Notes: generated from the sequence alone by a model not told the origin. Counted from the stretch's first letter, positions 7,146 to 15,536 are shown. The stretch is 37,034 bases of DNA from Paracoccaceae bacterium (GCA_015485375.1 WFTU01000412.1:1-37034); one strand, 5' to 3'. A program made the numbers and translations.

Positions 7146-7355
7146 ATGGAAATCCTCAACAGATACCTCTCCGAAAACAGCATCAGCCAGTCGCAGTTCG
7201 CTGCAATGGTTGGAACCACCCAGGCAACGGTGTCCCGAATCGCATCCGGGAAAATGAGGCCCGGCTTGGATCTGGCAATCGCCATTTCGCGCGCAACTGA
7301 TGGTGCCGTCTCCCCGGATATGTGGGTCAGCCAGGAAGAAACGGACGCGGCATGA
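7146..7355 (+). CDS. cro: Cro-like HTH regulator
   Basis: LNRYLSENSISQSQFAAMVGTTQATVSRIASG...P...AI.I..AT.GAV..D.W; ATG at 7146 lies just downstream of the PR -10. Confidence 0.88.
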   Translation: MEILNRYLSENSISQSQFAAMVGTTQATVSRIASGKMRPGLDLAIAISRATDGAVSPDMWVSQEETDAA

Positions 7356-7360
7356 TGGTT

Positions 7361-7813
7361 TCAAAACCCGCAGGCGCTCCGATTGGCGTAGACCGCGACC
7401 GGGAGATCGCGAATGTCGAACACGGCGTTCTTCTCAGGCTTTGCCGGGTCGCCGGCCGGAACGATCAGCAGGTGGTATTGAAACCAATTCTGCACCTGCG
7501 GCGCCCAACCAGGTTGCGGAAGGGGGATATCCGTGGTGTCGACAATCGTTCCCTTCGGCGTCAAGTATGCCAGCGTTCCGGTTTTGGCGGCTGCGCAGAG
7601 ACCGCCGATTTCGAACGAGATTATCAGCGTCTCGCACCTTATCGCGACCACCGGTTGCCGAACGGTCTCGCCGCAGATCAGCGGTGCCGTTTGAACCTGG
7701 ATCGACACAACGCCGCCCTTTCGCGAGAGTGCGATGTTGCCGTGGGGCAGGTCCACGGTCTGTGCTCGCGCTGGCGCGGCGAGAACCGCTATCGCTATCA
7801 GAACCCTGAACAT
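7361..7813 (-). CDS. Secreted/periplasmic hypothetical protein (150 aa)
   Basis: GGAGG RBS; signal peptide MFRVLIAIAVLAAPARA|Q; antisense to the PR operon. Confidence 0.7.
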   Translation of the reverse strand: MFRVLIAIAVLAAPARAQTVDLPHGNIALSRKGGVVSIQVQTAPLICGETVRQPVVAIRCETLIISFEIGGLCAAAKTGTLAYLTPKGTIVDTTDIPLPQPGWAPQVQNWFQYHLLIVPAGDPAKPEKNAVFDIRDLPVAVYANRSACGF

Positions 7814-7887
7814 ACGTCCCCCTCCAAATCTACATTTCCAATGGGAACACCCTGCCATGGCATCTTCGCTTTGCCAAGGAAACGGCG

Positions 7888-8325
7888 TTGCCGATGACTG
7901 ACCGGCGGCGAATAAACGCGCTGATGTCTGCGCTGATCGACGGCACATTCGGTTGCCTCGATGGGGCCGCAGAGACCATCAATGCCAGATGGGGTCGCGG
8001 GGTCTGCAAGGGAACGCTATCGAAAAAATTGTCGCTGCAACTGGATTGGACGCTGTCGGACATTGTCGCGCTCGAGGATGCTGCCGGTCGGTATCCGGTG
8101 ACCCGCATGTTGGCGCGCCGCATGAACGATGCTTCTCGCTCGGCTCCGTCTTCGATGCTCGAGCAGGCCGGCATGATCAGCCGCGAGGCTGGTGAGGCTG
8201 TCTCGGCCATTTTGTCAGCGGAAATGTCTGCCCAGGCCGACAGCCGTGCCGAAGCGCTGCGCGAGGTCGATGAAGCGATCGAGGCACTGCGCCAGGCGCG
8301 CGAAATCCTGGAGTCTCGAACATGA
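7888..8325 (+). CDS. CII-like phage regulatory protein
   Basis: Position after cro; HTH-like N-terminus (GTLSKKL), then DIVALEDAAG.YPVT and MISREAGEAVSAI helical bundle. Confidence 0.6.
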   Translation: MPMTDRRRINALMSALIDGTFGCLDGAAETINARWGRGVCKGTLSKKLSLQLDWTLSDIVALEDAAGRYPVTRMLARRMNDASRSAPSSMLEQAGMISREAGEAVSAILSAEMSAQADSRAEALREVDEAIEALRQAREILESRT

Positions 8326-8531
8326 GTTCTGCAAGCGGGTTTTACAGGCCACCGGAGGGGGGCGGTGCCGCTTGCAACCCCCCGATGTTTCATGGGGCCT
8401 CTCCAAGTAGGCGGCACCTGACGCCTCGAACGATGACCTGCTTCGGCGGCCCGCATGGTTATTCCCCGAAGGTCATCACCGGCGCCAACCCGGAGCGAGA
8501 TCCGGGCATCAGCAGAAAGGAAAGCAAATGA
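8322..8531 (+). CDS. Hypothetical protein
   Basis: ATGA overlaps at both ends; low-complexity Pro/Gly content. Confidence 0.45.
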   Translation: MSSASGFYRPPEGGGAACNPPMFHGASPSRRHLTPRTMTCFGGPHGYSPKVITGANPERDPGISRKESK

Positions 8532-8860
8532 CTGAACCCGGCGACAACTCCATCGTGCACATCGACTTCGACGAATTGCGCACGGTAATCGACGATCTTG
8601 CCAACGACCAGACCACGGTCAGCGAAGCCAGCGGCTTCCTGCGCGCCAACATCAAGGCGGTGATCGAGGAAAAGGGCTGGCACAAGGGTGCCCTGAACCA
8701 GATCCGCAAGATCGACGGCATGTCCGAAACGGCCCGCGCCGACTACCTGCGGACGTTCCTGCCGATGCTGAACGTTATGCGCCAGAACGGGTGGGACGAC
8801 GACGTTCAGGACATGATCGACGAGCTCGAGGACGACACCGCGCTGGAAGCGGCCGAGTGA
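8528..8860 (+). CDS. Divergent GapR/DUF2312-like nucleoid-associated protein
   Basis: GDNS N-terminus, helical core, KGWHKGALNQIRKI..M....R, acidic tail; AAGGA RBS. Confidence 0.6.
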   Translation: MTEPGDNSIVHIDFDELRTVIDDLANDQTTVSEASGFLRANIKAVIEEKGWHKGALNQIRKIDGMSETARADYLRTFLPMLNVMRQNGWDDDVQDMIDELEDDTALEAAE

Positions 8861-9375
8861 AGATCATCGCGTTCGATATGGGCACGGCCACCGGTGTTGC
8901 CATCGGCGACTCCGGTGGCGCGCCGCTCTGTCACACCGAGCGTTTAGGCAAGCCTGGTGAGCCGCACGGCGCCAGGTTTGCCCAAGCGCTTCGCATGACG
9001 TCGAGGCTGATCAAGCAGCACGAGCCCGAGCTTGTGGCGCTGGAAATGCCGATCGTCACAGGCGTCAAGGGCAGCCAGAACCGCGCTTTCCTGTCCATGG
9101 GATTGCGCGGTTGCATCATGGGCATGTGTCACGCCCGCGGCATTCGGTTCACCGAATACCCTGTTCAGAGCATCCGCAAGCACTTCATCGGCCAGGGCAA
9201 CATGAAGCGCCGCGAGGCCAAGCGGGCAACGCTGAACAGATGCAAGCTGCTTGGGTGGCATGCGGCCACCGAAGACGAGGCGGACGCAGCTGCCGTGTGG
9301 GACTACGCGCGGATGCAACTCACACGAACGTTCACCCCCCCGCCTGCCGGTCTGTTCGAGGAGCGCGCCACATGA
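8857..9375 (+). CDS. RuvC-like Holliday junction resolvase
   Basis: IIAFDMGTATGVA, VALE, IRKHFIG.G...K, DEADAAA acidic catalytic motifs; GTGA coupling. Confidence 0.85.
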   Translation: MKIIAFDMGTATGVAIGDSGGAPLCHTERLGKPGEPHGARFAQALRMTSRLIKQHEPELVALEMPIVTGVKGSQNRAFLSMGLRGCIMGMCHARGIRFTEYPVQSIRKHFIGQGNMKRREAKRATLNRCKLLGWHAATEDEADAAAVWDYARMQLTRTFTPPPAGLFEERAT

Positions 9376-10802
9376 ACGCCATGCCCCCGGAACAGCCACC
9401 GCACAACATCGAGGCCGAACAACAACTGTTGGGTGCGCTGCTCACGAACAACGACACGTTTGCCACAACAGCCGATCTGGTGAGCGCAGACGCCTTCTTC
9501 GACCCCGTCCACCGCGAGATATACGAACGCATCAAGAGCCGGGTAGACGTTGGCCAGATCGCGTCTCCGGTCACCTTGAAGGCAGACCTCGAAGGCCACG
9601 AAGGCCTGAGACAGCTCGGCGGCGTGAGGTATCTCGCCAGGCTTGCCGGTTCTGCGGTCGCCACGTTTGCCGCGCGCGACTACGCACAGGTCATCGTTGA
9701 CCTGAAGGCGAAGCGAGACCTTCTGGACGCCACCATCCAGGTTCGCGAGGCGGTTCGGGATGGGAGCAAAACCGCAATCGACATCGCGATCGACCTGGAA
9801 AACCGCGCCGGGTCTGTGGCGTCGAAATCAAGCGCCAAGCCTTTGATCAGATCGCATCTTTCGACCCTGATCGGCGCGGTAACCAGCATCAACAACGCCT
9901 ATTCCGGCGTGGCCGAGCCCGGGATATCGACCGGGTTGCCACAGCTCGACAAACAACTTGGAGGGCTGCGCCCGGGCAACCTTGTCGTGTTGGCCGGACG
10001 GGCCAGCATGGGCAAGACCTCGCTGGCCCAGAACATCGCCTTTCATGCCGCCCAGAACGGCATTGGCGTTTTTTTCGGGTCATTGGAGATGGTCGGCGAA
10101 GAGCTGGCGCCGCGGTTCATTTCCAAGGGGCTGGCCACGCGTGGGCGCGAAATCCCGTATTCCCGCATGATTTCCGGGCACCTGTCAGAGCGCGAGATGC
10201 GCGATGTCGTCGAGGAGGCGAAGCGGCAGGAAGCGCTGCCGATACAGGTTGGCGAGCGTGACATCCGTGAAATCACCAGGGTCCGAACCGCTGTGAAGCG
10301 GGCGCACCAGGTTTTCGCCGACACGCCGACACCGCTTGGTCTCGTCGTGATCGACTACGTCCAGCGCATGGAAAGCAAGACCGCCAGAAGCGCCTACGAG
10401 CGCGTGTCACAGGCAACCGACGCCTGCAAGAGCCTGGCGATGGAGCTGAACCTGCCGGTGATCGCCCTGGCGCAGTTGAGCCGCGCTGTCGAAAGCCGGG
10501 ATGTTCCAATCCCGATGCTGTCAGACCTCAAGGAGTCCGGCAGCTTGGAGGAGGACGCGGACGTGGTGATGTTCTGCTATCGCGAGGCCTACTACCTGAA
10601 GCGCAAGATCGACGCCCTGGACGGGTCCGACCTTGAGGAGGAAAACGACCTCCGCCTGGCGCTTTCCAACTGCGAACACAACCTCGACATCATCGTCGCA
10701 AAGCAGCGCAGCGGGCCTGTTGGAACCGTGCGCGCATATACCAAGATCGGACTTTGCCACGTCACCGCCGACATGGCCGGAGAAGGCGGGAGAATGATAT
10801 GA
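9372..10802 (+). CDS. dnaB: DnaB-like replicative helicase
   Basis: PPHNIEAEQQLLG, AGRASMGKT (Walker A), SLEM, VIDYVQ, LAQLSR, DLKESGSLEEDAD, KQRSG. Confidence 0.97.
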   Translation: MNAMPPEQPPHNIEAEQQLLGALLTNNDTFATTADLVSADAFFDPVHREIYERIKSRVDVGQIASPVTLKADLEGHEGLRQLGGVRYLARLAGSAVATFAARDYAQVIVDLKAKRDLLDATIQVREAVRDGSKTAIDIAIDLENRAGSVASKSSAKPLIRSHLSTLIGAVTSINNAYSGVAEPGISTGLPQLDKQLGGLRPGNLVVLAGRASMGKTSLAQNIAFHAAQNGIGVFFGSLEMVGEELAPRFISKGLATRGREIPYSRMISGHLSEREMRDVVEEAKRQEALPIQVGERDIREITRVRTAVKRAHQVFADTPTPLGLVVIDYVQRMESKTARSAYERVSQATDACKSLAMELNLPVIALAQLSRAVESRDVPIPMLSDLKESGSLEEDADVVMFCYREAYYLKRKIDALDGSDLEEENDLRLALSNCEHNLDIIVAKQRSGPVGTVRAYTKIGLCHVTADMAGEGGRMI

Positions 10803-11629
10803 GCAAAAACCCATGGATGAAGTTTTACCCAGCAGATTGGCGCGCAGACCCGCGCCTGAAGATGTGCAGCCTGGCAGCGCGTGGCCTCTGGATTGAGATC
10901 ATTTGCCTGATGCATGAGTCCGAGCCGTATGGACACCTTTTGGTTTCCGGTCTTCCCCCGACAAACACGCAGCTCGCCGTGTTGGTAGGAACCCCGCCAG
11001 ACCAGCTCTCCGATCTCTTAGGTGAACTGGAACAAGTCGGTGTTTTCTCTCGCACGAGAAAGGGCGTGATTTACTCGAGGAAAATGACACGGGACAACAA
11101 AAAATCGGTTACGGCTCGAAAAAACGGCCAAAACGGAGGCAACCCAAGTCTAAGAAAACAAACAGGAAATTCGTCGTCGGATAACCCACAGGTTAAGGGT
11201 CAGGATAAGCCCCAGAAGCCAGAGGCTAGAAGCCAGAGGCTAGAAGAAGAAAAAAGAGAAGATAAATCTTCTCAAAAAAAGGGCTCACGACTTCCCGAAA
11301 ACTGGGTGCTTCCAAAAGACTGGGGAGAGTGGGCGATCAAACAAGGATGGACCGAACAGGCCATCCGGGATCAGGCCGACAATTTCAGGGATTACTGGAT
11401 CGCGGAATCCGGCGCAAAGGCGGTGAAGCGTGACTGGTTTGCAACCTGGCGCGTCTGGATGCGCCGAAGCGGGAAACGACTGAAACCAATTCAAGGAGGC
11501 GGAGATGGGAAACCTTCAAAATCCGAACAGCGAGCAATGGCGTTCATCGCCGGCGCGGTCGGAGAGCCACCGGGGGTGGATAGGGGCGAGGGTCTTGACC
11601 CTTCTCAGCCACTACTGGCGCGACGATGA
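10799..11629 (+). CDS. Phage replication initiator (lambda O-like; YdaU/DUF1376-type N-terminus)
   Basis: PWMKFYPADW..D..L...SLAARGLW; C-terminal GSRLPENW...FRDYW...DWFATWR.W.R; contains ori-like repeats. Confidence 0.85.
   Translation: MSKNPWMKFYPADWRADPRLKMCSLAARGLWIEIICLMHESEPYGHLLVSGLPPTNTQLAVLVGTPPDQLSDLLGELEQVGVFSRTRKGVIYSRKMTRDNKKSVTARKNGQNGGNPSLRKQTGNSSSDNPQVKGQDKPQKPEARSQRLEEEKREDKSSQKKGSRLPENWVLPKDWGEWAIKQGWTEQAIRDQADNFRDYWIAESGAKAVKRDWFATWRVWMRRSGKRLKPIQGGGDGKPSKSEQRAMAFIAGAVGEPPGVDRGEGLDPSQPLLARR
11179..11280. repeat. Putative replication origin: iterons, palindrome and A-rich tract
   Basis: GGWTAA x3 at 12-bp period (11179, 11191, 11203); AGAAGCCAGAGGCT x2 (11214-11241); GAGAAGAT-AA-ATCTTCTC palindrome (11256-11273). 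Confidence 0.7.
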
Positions 11630-11924
11630 CCCGGTGCAACTCACCGCAGCCATCGGGGCCGATTGGGCGAAGGTTCTCGATGGCCTTCCACGGGACGCGA
11701 TCGATTGGGCCTGCATCAAATGGCTGCGCGAAAACCCCAAGCGCAAGCCGTCGCCAGGCGCGATCTACCAACTCGCCAAGTCGCGTTTGCCGCAGCGTGT
11801 TCCGGCGCTGATGGCGGATCCGGCCCAAAAAAACGGTTTTGAGGTGGACGCCGAGAAACTCGCAGATCGGCAGCGGATTTCGAAGGAACTGATGGCGCAA
11901 TTCCGGCTCGTGGGCGTGGCATGA
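11505..11924 (+). CDS. Helicase loader/inhibitor-like protein (G39P / lambda P position)
   Basis: DWAKVLDGLPRDAIDWAC..W......KPSPGAI; strong RBS; overlaps the initiator 3' end. Confidence 0.65.
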   Translation: MGNLQNPNSEQWRSSPARSESHRGWIGARVLTLLSHYWRDDDPVQLTAAIGADWAKVLDGLPRDAIDWACIKWLRENPKRKPSPGAIYQLAKSRLPQRVPALMADPAQKNGFEVDAEKLADRQRISKELMAQFRLVGVA

Positions 11925-12919
11925 ACGACATGACGATGCTGAAAGAGCGGCTGAGCGCCGCGCGCGAGGCGCAGAAGGCCGCAGACACGGCGATCGGGCT
12001 GGTCGAGGGGCTGGTGGCATCGCTGGAAGATCTGGGGGTGCATGCCAAATTGGACATCAGCGGCGCTGATCAGCCGTCGGCGCTGGTGGTCGTGTCGTTC
12101 GCGATCCACACCGGGGCGATCGTGGTTGCGGATCCTGCCGACGATCTGGCGCCGTGGCGTGATGCGAAGCCGGTTTCGAGTGCGTCCTCTGAGCCAGATC
12201 CAGAGCCTGCAGCCTCCGTCACCAAACATCCGGACAGGTCGCGCAGGTCGCTGAAGCGCTGGACAAAGGACGAGGTGCAAACGGCCGTGCGGATGAAGGA
12301 CGCGGGCAAGACCGCCAGGGAGATCGCCGCGGCCCTGGGCCGGCCGCTTGCGGGCGTGAAGTCCAAGCTGCAGGAAATCAATGCCAGCGCACCACCGGAA
12401 AAGGCCCGCAAGCAGGCGCCGCGCTGGAGTGCCGAGGAAATCACCACCGCCAAGCGGATGCTGCGCGATGGGGCTGGACCGCGCGCAATTTCCGAGGCCG
12501 TGGGACGCCCGCTGCCCGCGACGAACTTCAAGCTTCGCAGGTTGCGCGCAGAAGTTGCCGAAGAGGACGCCGCCTGCGAACCGAAGCCCGCCCAAGACAA
12601 AGCCGTTGAGCAGTCAAAGCCTCAATGCACACCGTTGATGCGACCGCCGGTTTCCGATGCTGGGAGTTTTACCGAACGCCAGATCGACGCGCGGTTGGAT
12701 GCAATCGGTTATTCGGATGGCTGGGATGCGAACCTGGATCTGGAAATGGTCGAGCTGCTGGCCGGTGGCACAAGCGCGCTAGACGCGGCGACCATTCTGG
12801 AAACCACGAGGAACAAGGTAATCGAGCGCTTTCGGACGCTTTGTCCGAATGCAACGATCGACGAGCAGCAGAAACTGCTCGTGGTGCTGCGGCGGCGGGC
12901 TGGGAGGAGCGACAAGTGA
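11921..12919 (+). CDS. Protein with three GcrA-N/Myb-like HTH repeats
   Basis: WTKDE...G.TAREIAAALGR, WSAEE...G...RAISEAVGR, WDANLD...G.SA.DAA.IL.TTRNKVI. Confidence 0.75.
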   Translation: MNDMTMLKERLSAAREAQKAADTAIGLVEGLVASLEDLGVHAKLDISGADQPSALVVVSFAIHTGAIVVADPADDLAPWRDAKPVSSASSEPDPEPAASVTKHPDRSRRSLKRWTKDEVQTAVRMKDAGKTAREIAAALGRPLAGVKSKLQEINASAPPEKARKQAPRWSAEEITTAKRMLRDGAGPRAISEAVGRPLPATNFKLRRLRAEVAEEDAACEPKPAQDKAVEQSKPQCTPLMRPPVSDAGSFTERQIDARLDAIGYSDGWDANLDLEMVELLAGGTSALDAATILETTRNKVIERFRTLCPNATIDEQQKLLVVLRRRAGRSDK

Positions 12920-13983
12920 CTGTTACTCACCTTTTAGGAGATGTGTTCGAAAATCTGGCGCAACTCCCAAGCGACCATTTCGACTGTATCGTTACATCAC
13001 CGCCGTATTGGGGCCTGCGAGACTATGGGGTAAACGGACAGATTGGCTTGGAACCGACGTTGGCCGAGCACTTGGACGTAATGGTGCGGGTGTTCGCGGA
13101 ATTGCACCGTGTGTTGAAACCGGAAGGCACTTGCTGGCTGAATTACGGCGACTGCTATGCCACAGCACCGAACGGGCGCAGCGCGGCGGACACCAAGGCT
13201 GCCGGAAGTGACGACCGGACATTCAGGGACAAGCCGTTCTCAACAGTGCAAGGGACGCTGAAACCAAAAGACCTTTGCATGGTGCCAAATCGCTTGGCAA
13301 TCGCGCTGCAACAAGACGGTTGGTGGGTCAGGTCGGAAATCATATGGGCCAAGCCAAACCCTATGCCTGAGAGCATCAAGGATCGGCCGGCGACGGCCCA
13401 CGAGAAGATTTTCCTGCTCACAAAATCGGCACAGTATTTCTACGATGCCGAGGCTGTGAGGCAAGGTGCGGCCGCGTCCTCAGTCACAAGGTGGCGGCAA
13501 GACATCCAGAACCAAGCCGGCTCTGACCGAGCGAACGGCGGCGCAAAAACCAACGGGCCGATGAAGGCTGTCGGCGGCCCGAAAAGAGACAAGCAGCGTG
13601 GTCATGGTCGGCGCCATGCCGGTTTCAATGACCGTTGGGACCAGATGTCCAAAGTAGAGCAGCAAAAGAACGGTCGAAACCTTCGAAACTACGAACCAGC
13701 CCCCGTTCAGGTGTGGAAAATTGCTACACGTCCGTTTTCTGAAGCGCATTTCGCAACTTTCCCACCTGAACTTGTCGAACGGTGCCTGTTGGCGGGTTGC
13801 CCACGCGACGGAAACGTCCTCGACCCATTTGGCGGTGCAGGCACAACGGGATTGGTAGCAGACCGTTTGCAGATTGACGCCACGCTTATCGAGATCAACC
13901 CAGAATACCAACGCATCTCGGTCGAAAGAATCGAGCAAGATCATGGTGGCCTTTTCGGTGAGCACCAAGAGGTGCTGATATGA
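12916..13983 (+). CDS. Orphan DNA N4-cytosine/N6-adenine methyltransferase (beta class)
   Basis: TSPPY (motif IV) precedes HFATFP and VLDPFGGAGTT (motif I); GTGA coupling. Confidence 0.93.
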   Translation: MTVTHLLGDVFENLAQLPSDHFDCIVTSPPYWGLRDYGVNGQIGLEPTLAEHLDVMVRVFAELHRVLKPEGTCWLNYGDCYATAPNGRSAADTKAAGSDDRTFRDKPFSTVQGTLKPKDLCMVPNRLAIALQQDGWWVRSEIIWAKPNPMPESIKDRPATAHEKIFLLTKSAQYFYDAEAVRQGAAASSVTRWRQDIQNQAGSDRANGGAKTNGPMKAVGGPKRDKQRGHGRRHAGFNDRWDQMSKVEQQKNGRNLRNYEPAPVQVWKIATRPFSEAHFATFPPELVERCLLAGCPRDGNVLDPFGGAGTTGLVADRLQIDATLIEINPEYQRISVERIEQDHGGLFGEHQEVLI

Positions 13984-14357
13984 GAGATCGCGTAACGGCG
14001 GAGAACCTGCTCGATCTGATGCAAGCTCCGCCAGAAATCGAACCAGTCGACCCAGATGGTGATGTGGTTCAAGGGCGCCCGGACGAGGTGCTGACGCTCG
14101 CCCACAGTCGAATCCGGCATCTTTCTTCCGCGGAGATCGAGTTGCATCGCCACACCGACGGTCGGTGGATGTGGTCGGTTAGCTATCATTTCTGCGATCG
14201 GGGCGGTTCTTACAAAGTCGGCCCGAAATGGGGCCGGTTCGCCCGCGATCGCCAAAGCGCCCTTTATTGGGCCACACAGGAACTTATCAGGGCGACCCGC
14301 AATGTCGCCGACGACAGCGAAGCGCGGCGCATCGCTGCTTGGGTCGGGAAACTGTGA
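13980..14357 (+). CDS. Hypothetical protein
   Basis: 125 aa, coupled on both sides, GAGG RBS. Confidence 0.7.
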   Translation: MRDRVTAENLLDLMQAPPEIEPVDPDGDVVQGRPDEVLTLAHSRIRHLSSAEIELHRHTDGRWMWSVSYHFCDRGGSYKVGPKWGRFARDRQSALYWATQELIRATRNVADDSEARRIAAWVGKL

Positions 14358-15007
14358 TGGCCAGCGTTCTTGTTGCCTGTGAATACTCCGGCACTGTCCG
14401 CAACGCCTTTCTGCGCGAAGGTCACGACGCATGGTCGTGTGATCTGCTCCCCTCGGACGATGGCAGCAACCGCCACATCATCGGCGACGCGCGCGACCTC
14501 CTGAATGACGGCTGGGACTTGCTGATGGTTGCGCACCCGCCTTGCACCCGGCTTTGCAACAGCGGCGTCAGATGGCTGCACGCCGCACCCAGAGGCAAGA
14601 CCACCGACCAGATGTGGGCCGAACTGGATGAAGGGGCCGCGCTGTTCTCGGACTTCTGGAACGCGCCGATCGAGCGGATCGCAATCGAAAATCCTGTCAT
14701 GCACAAGCACGCCAAGGCGCGCATCCGCAACTACCGACCCCCAGCTCAGACGGTGCAGCCCTGGTGGTTCGGCGATCCCGCCTTCAAGGCCACCGGGTTC
14801 TATCTGAAAAACCTGCCGCCGCTCGCACCGACGGCCAAGCTGACACCGCCGGCCAAGGGCACCGACGCCCACAAACGCTGGTCATGGGTCCATCGCATGC
14901 CCCCGGGACCTGACCGCGCCAGGGAACGCGCCCGCTTCTTTCCGGGGATGGCCGCCGCGATGGCCAGCCAATGGGGGGATGTTGCCAAACAGGAGATCGC
15001 AGCATGA
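14357..15007 (+). CDS. Putative short C5-cytosine DNA methyltransferase-like protein
   Basis: VLVACEYSG, AWSCD, HPPC and IENP motifs; 216 aa. Confidence 0.75.
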   Translation: MASVLVACEYSGTVRNAFLREGHDAWSCDLLPSDDGSNRHIIGDARDLLNDGWDLLMVAHPPCTRLCNSGVRWLHAAPRGKTTDQMWAELDEGAALFSDFWNAPIERIAIENPVMHKHAKARIRNYRPPAQTVQPWWFGDPAFKATGFYLKNLPPLAPTAKLTPPAKGTDAHKRWSWVHRMPPGPDRARERARFFPGMAAAMASQWGDVAKQEIAA

Positions 15008-15327
15008 CCTACCGACCATTGCGAGAGCGAGAGCAGGACTCGATGAGCATCGAGGAACTTTGCAAGCCGATCAGCGCCACCAAGATGCCGGCAAGCGCGA
15101 AGCTGTTGGCCATTGGCGGGCTCGGCAAGGAGTTATCGGAAACCAGGGCCCGCGCCATCCAAAGGCGAGTAGGGATCGACAGCCGAAAGGTGCCTAGAGA
15201 GCCACGGGTCTGTGCGTTTCCGGGGTGCCTAATGGAGATATCTCGACAATCCAGGTCCGGAATGTGCGCCACCCATCTTCACCAAGACGGCTGCCACTGT
15301 ATTTCATGCCGAACGAAAACGAGATGA
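15004..15327 (+). CDS. Hypothetical Cys/His-rich (zinc-binding) protein
   Basis: C..PGC...GMCATH...CHCISC; GGAG RBS. Confidence 0.65.
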   Translation: MTYRPLREREQDSMSIEELCKPISATKMPASAKLLAIGGLGKELSETRARAIQRRVGIDSRKVPREPRVCAFPGCLMEISRQSRSGMCATHLHQDGCHCISCRTKTR

Positions 15328-15536
15328 CGATCCTTGAAGCACTCGCGACCATCACCACGCCGGAAGAAATGGACGGGTTCACGGAATGCCTTCGGAACCC
15401 ACCGCCCGGCATCGAAAGGCGATTGGTATCGGACGAAGAATGGCGCGCCATAGCGCTCAAGAAAATCGAGATGGAAAGAAAGGAACAGGCACATGCTCAT
15501 CGCAAGGATCGAGAACGCCACCCGCGTCGTCGGTAA
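15324..15536 (+). CDS. Hypothetical protein
   Basis: ATGA coupling; 70 aa. Confidence 0.6.
   Translation: MTILEALATITTPEEMDGFTECLRNPPPGIERRLVSDEEWRAIALKKIEMERKEQAHAHRKDRERHPRRR

Noticed and set aside
7322-7897. Plus-strand 191-aa ORF between cro and cII
   Set aside because: Arg-rich, no clear RBS; the opposite strand has an RBS and signal peptide and is the better gene.
11179-11250. Short tandem repeats considered as a CRISPR or VNTR-type array
   Set aside because: No spacers and no cas genes; their position inside the initiator gene fits ori iterons.
12625-12915. Long N-terminal extensions in the ORF track (MTase from 12625, DnaB from 9111, also 23439, 30721, 31581, 35348)
   Set aside because: They overlap upstream genes. 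Starts coupled to the previous stop, or with a clear RBS, explain the real genes.
12916-15327. Restriction-modification or BREX-like defence system
   Set aside because: The MTases sit in the phage early-right operon with no recognisable endonuclease or ATPase partner.
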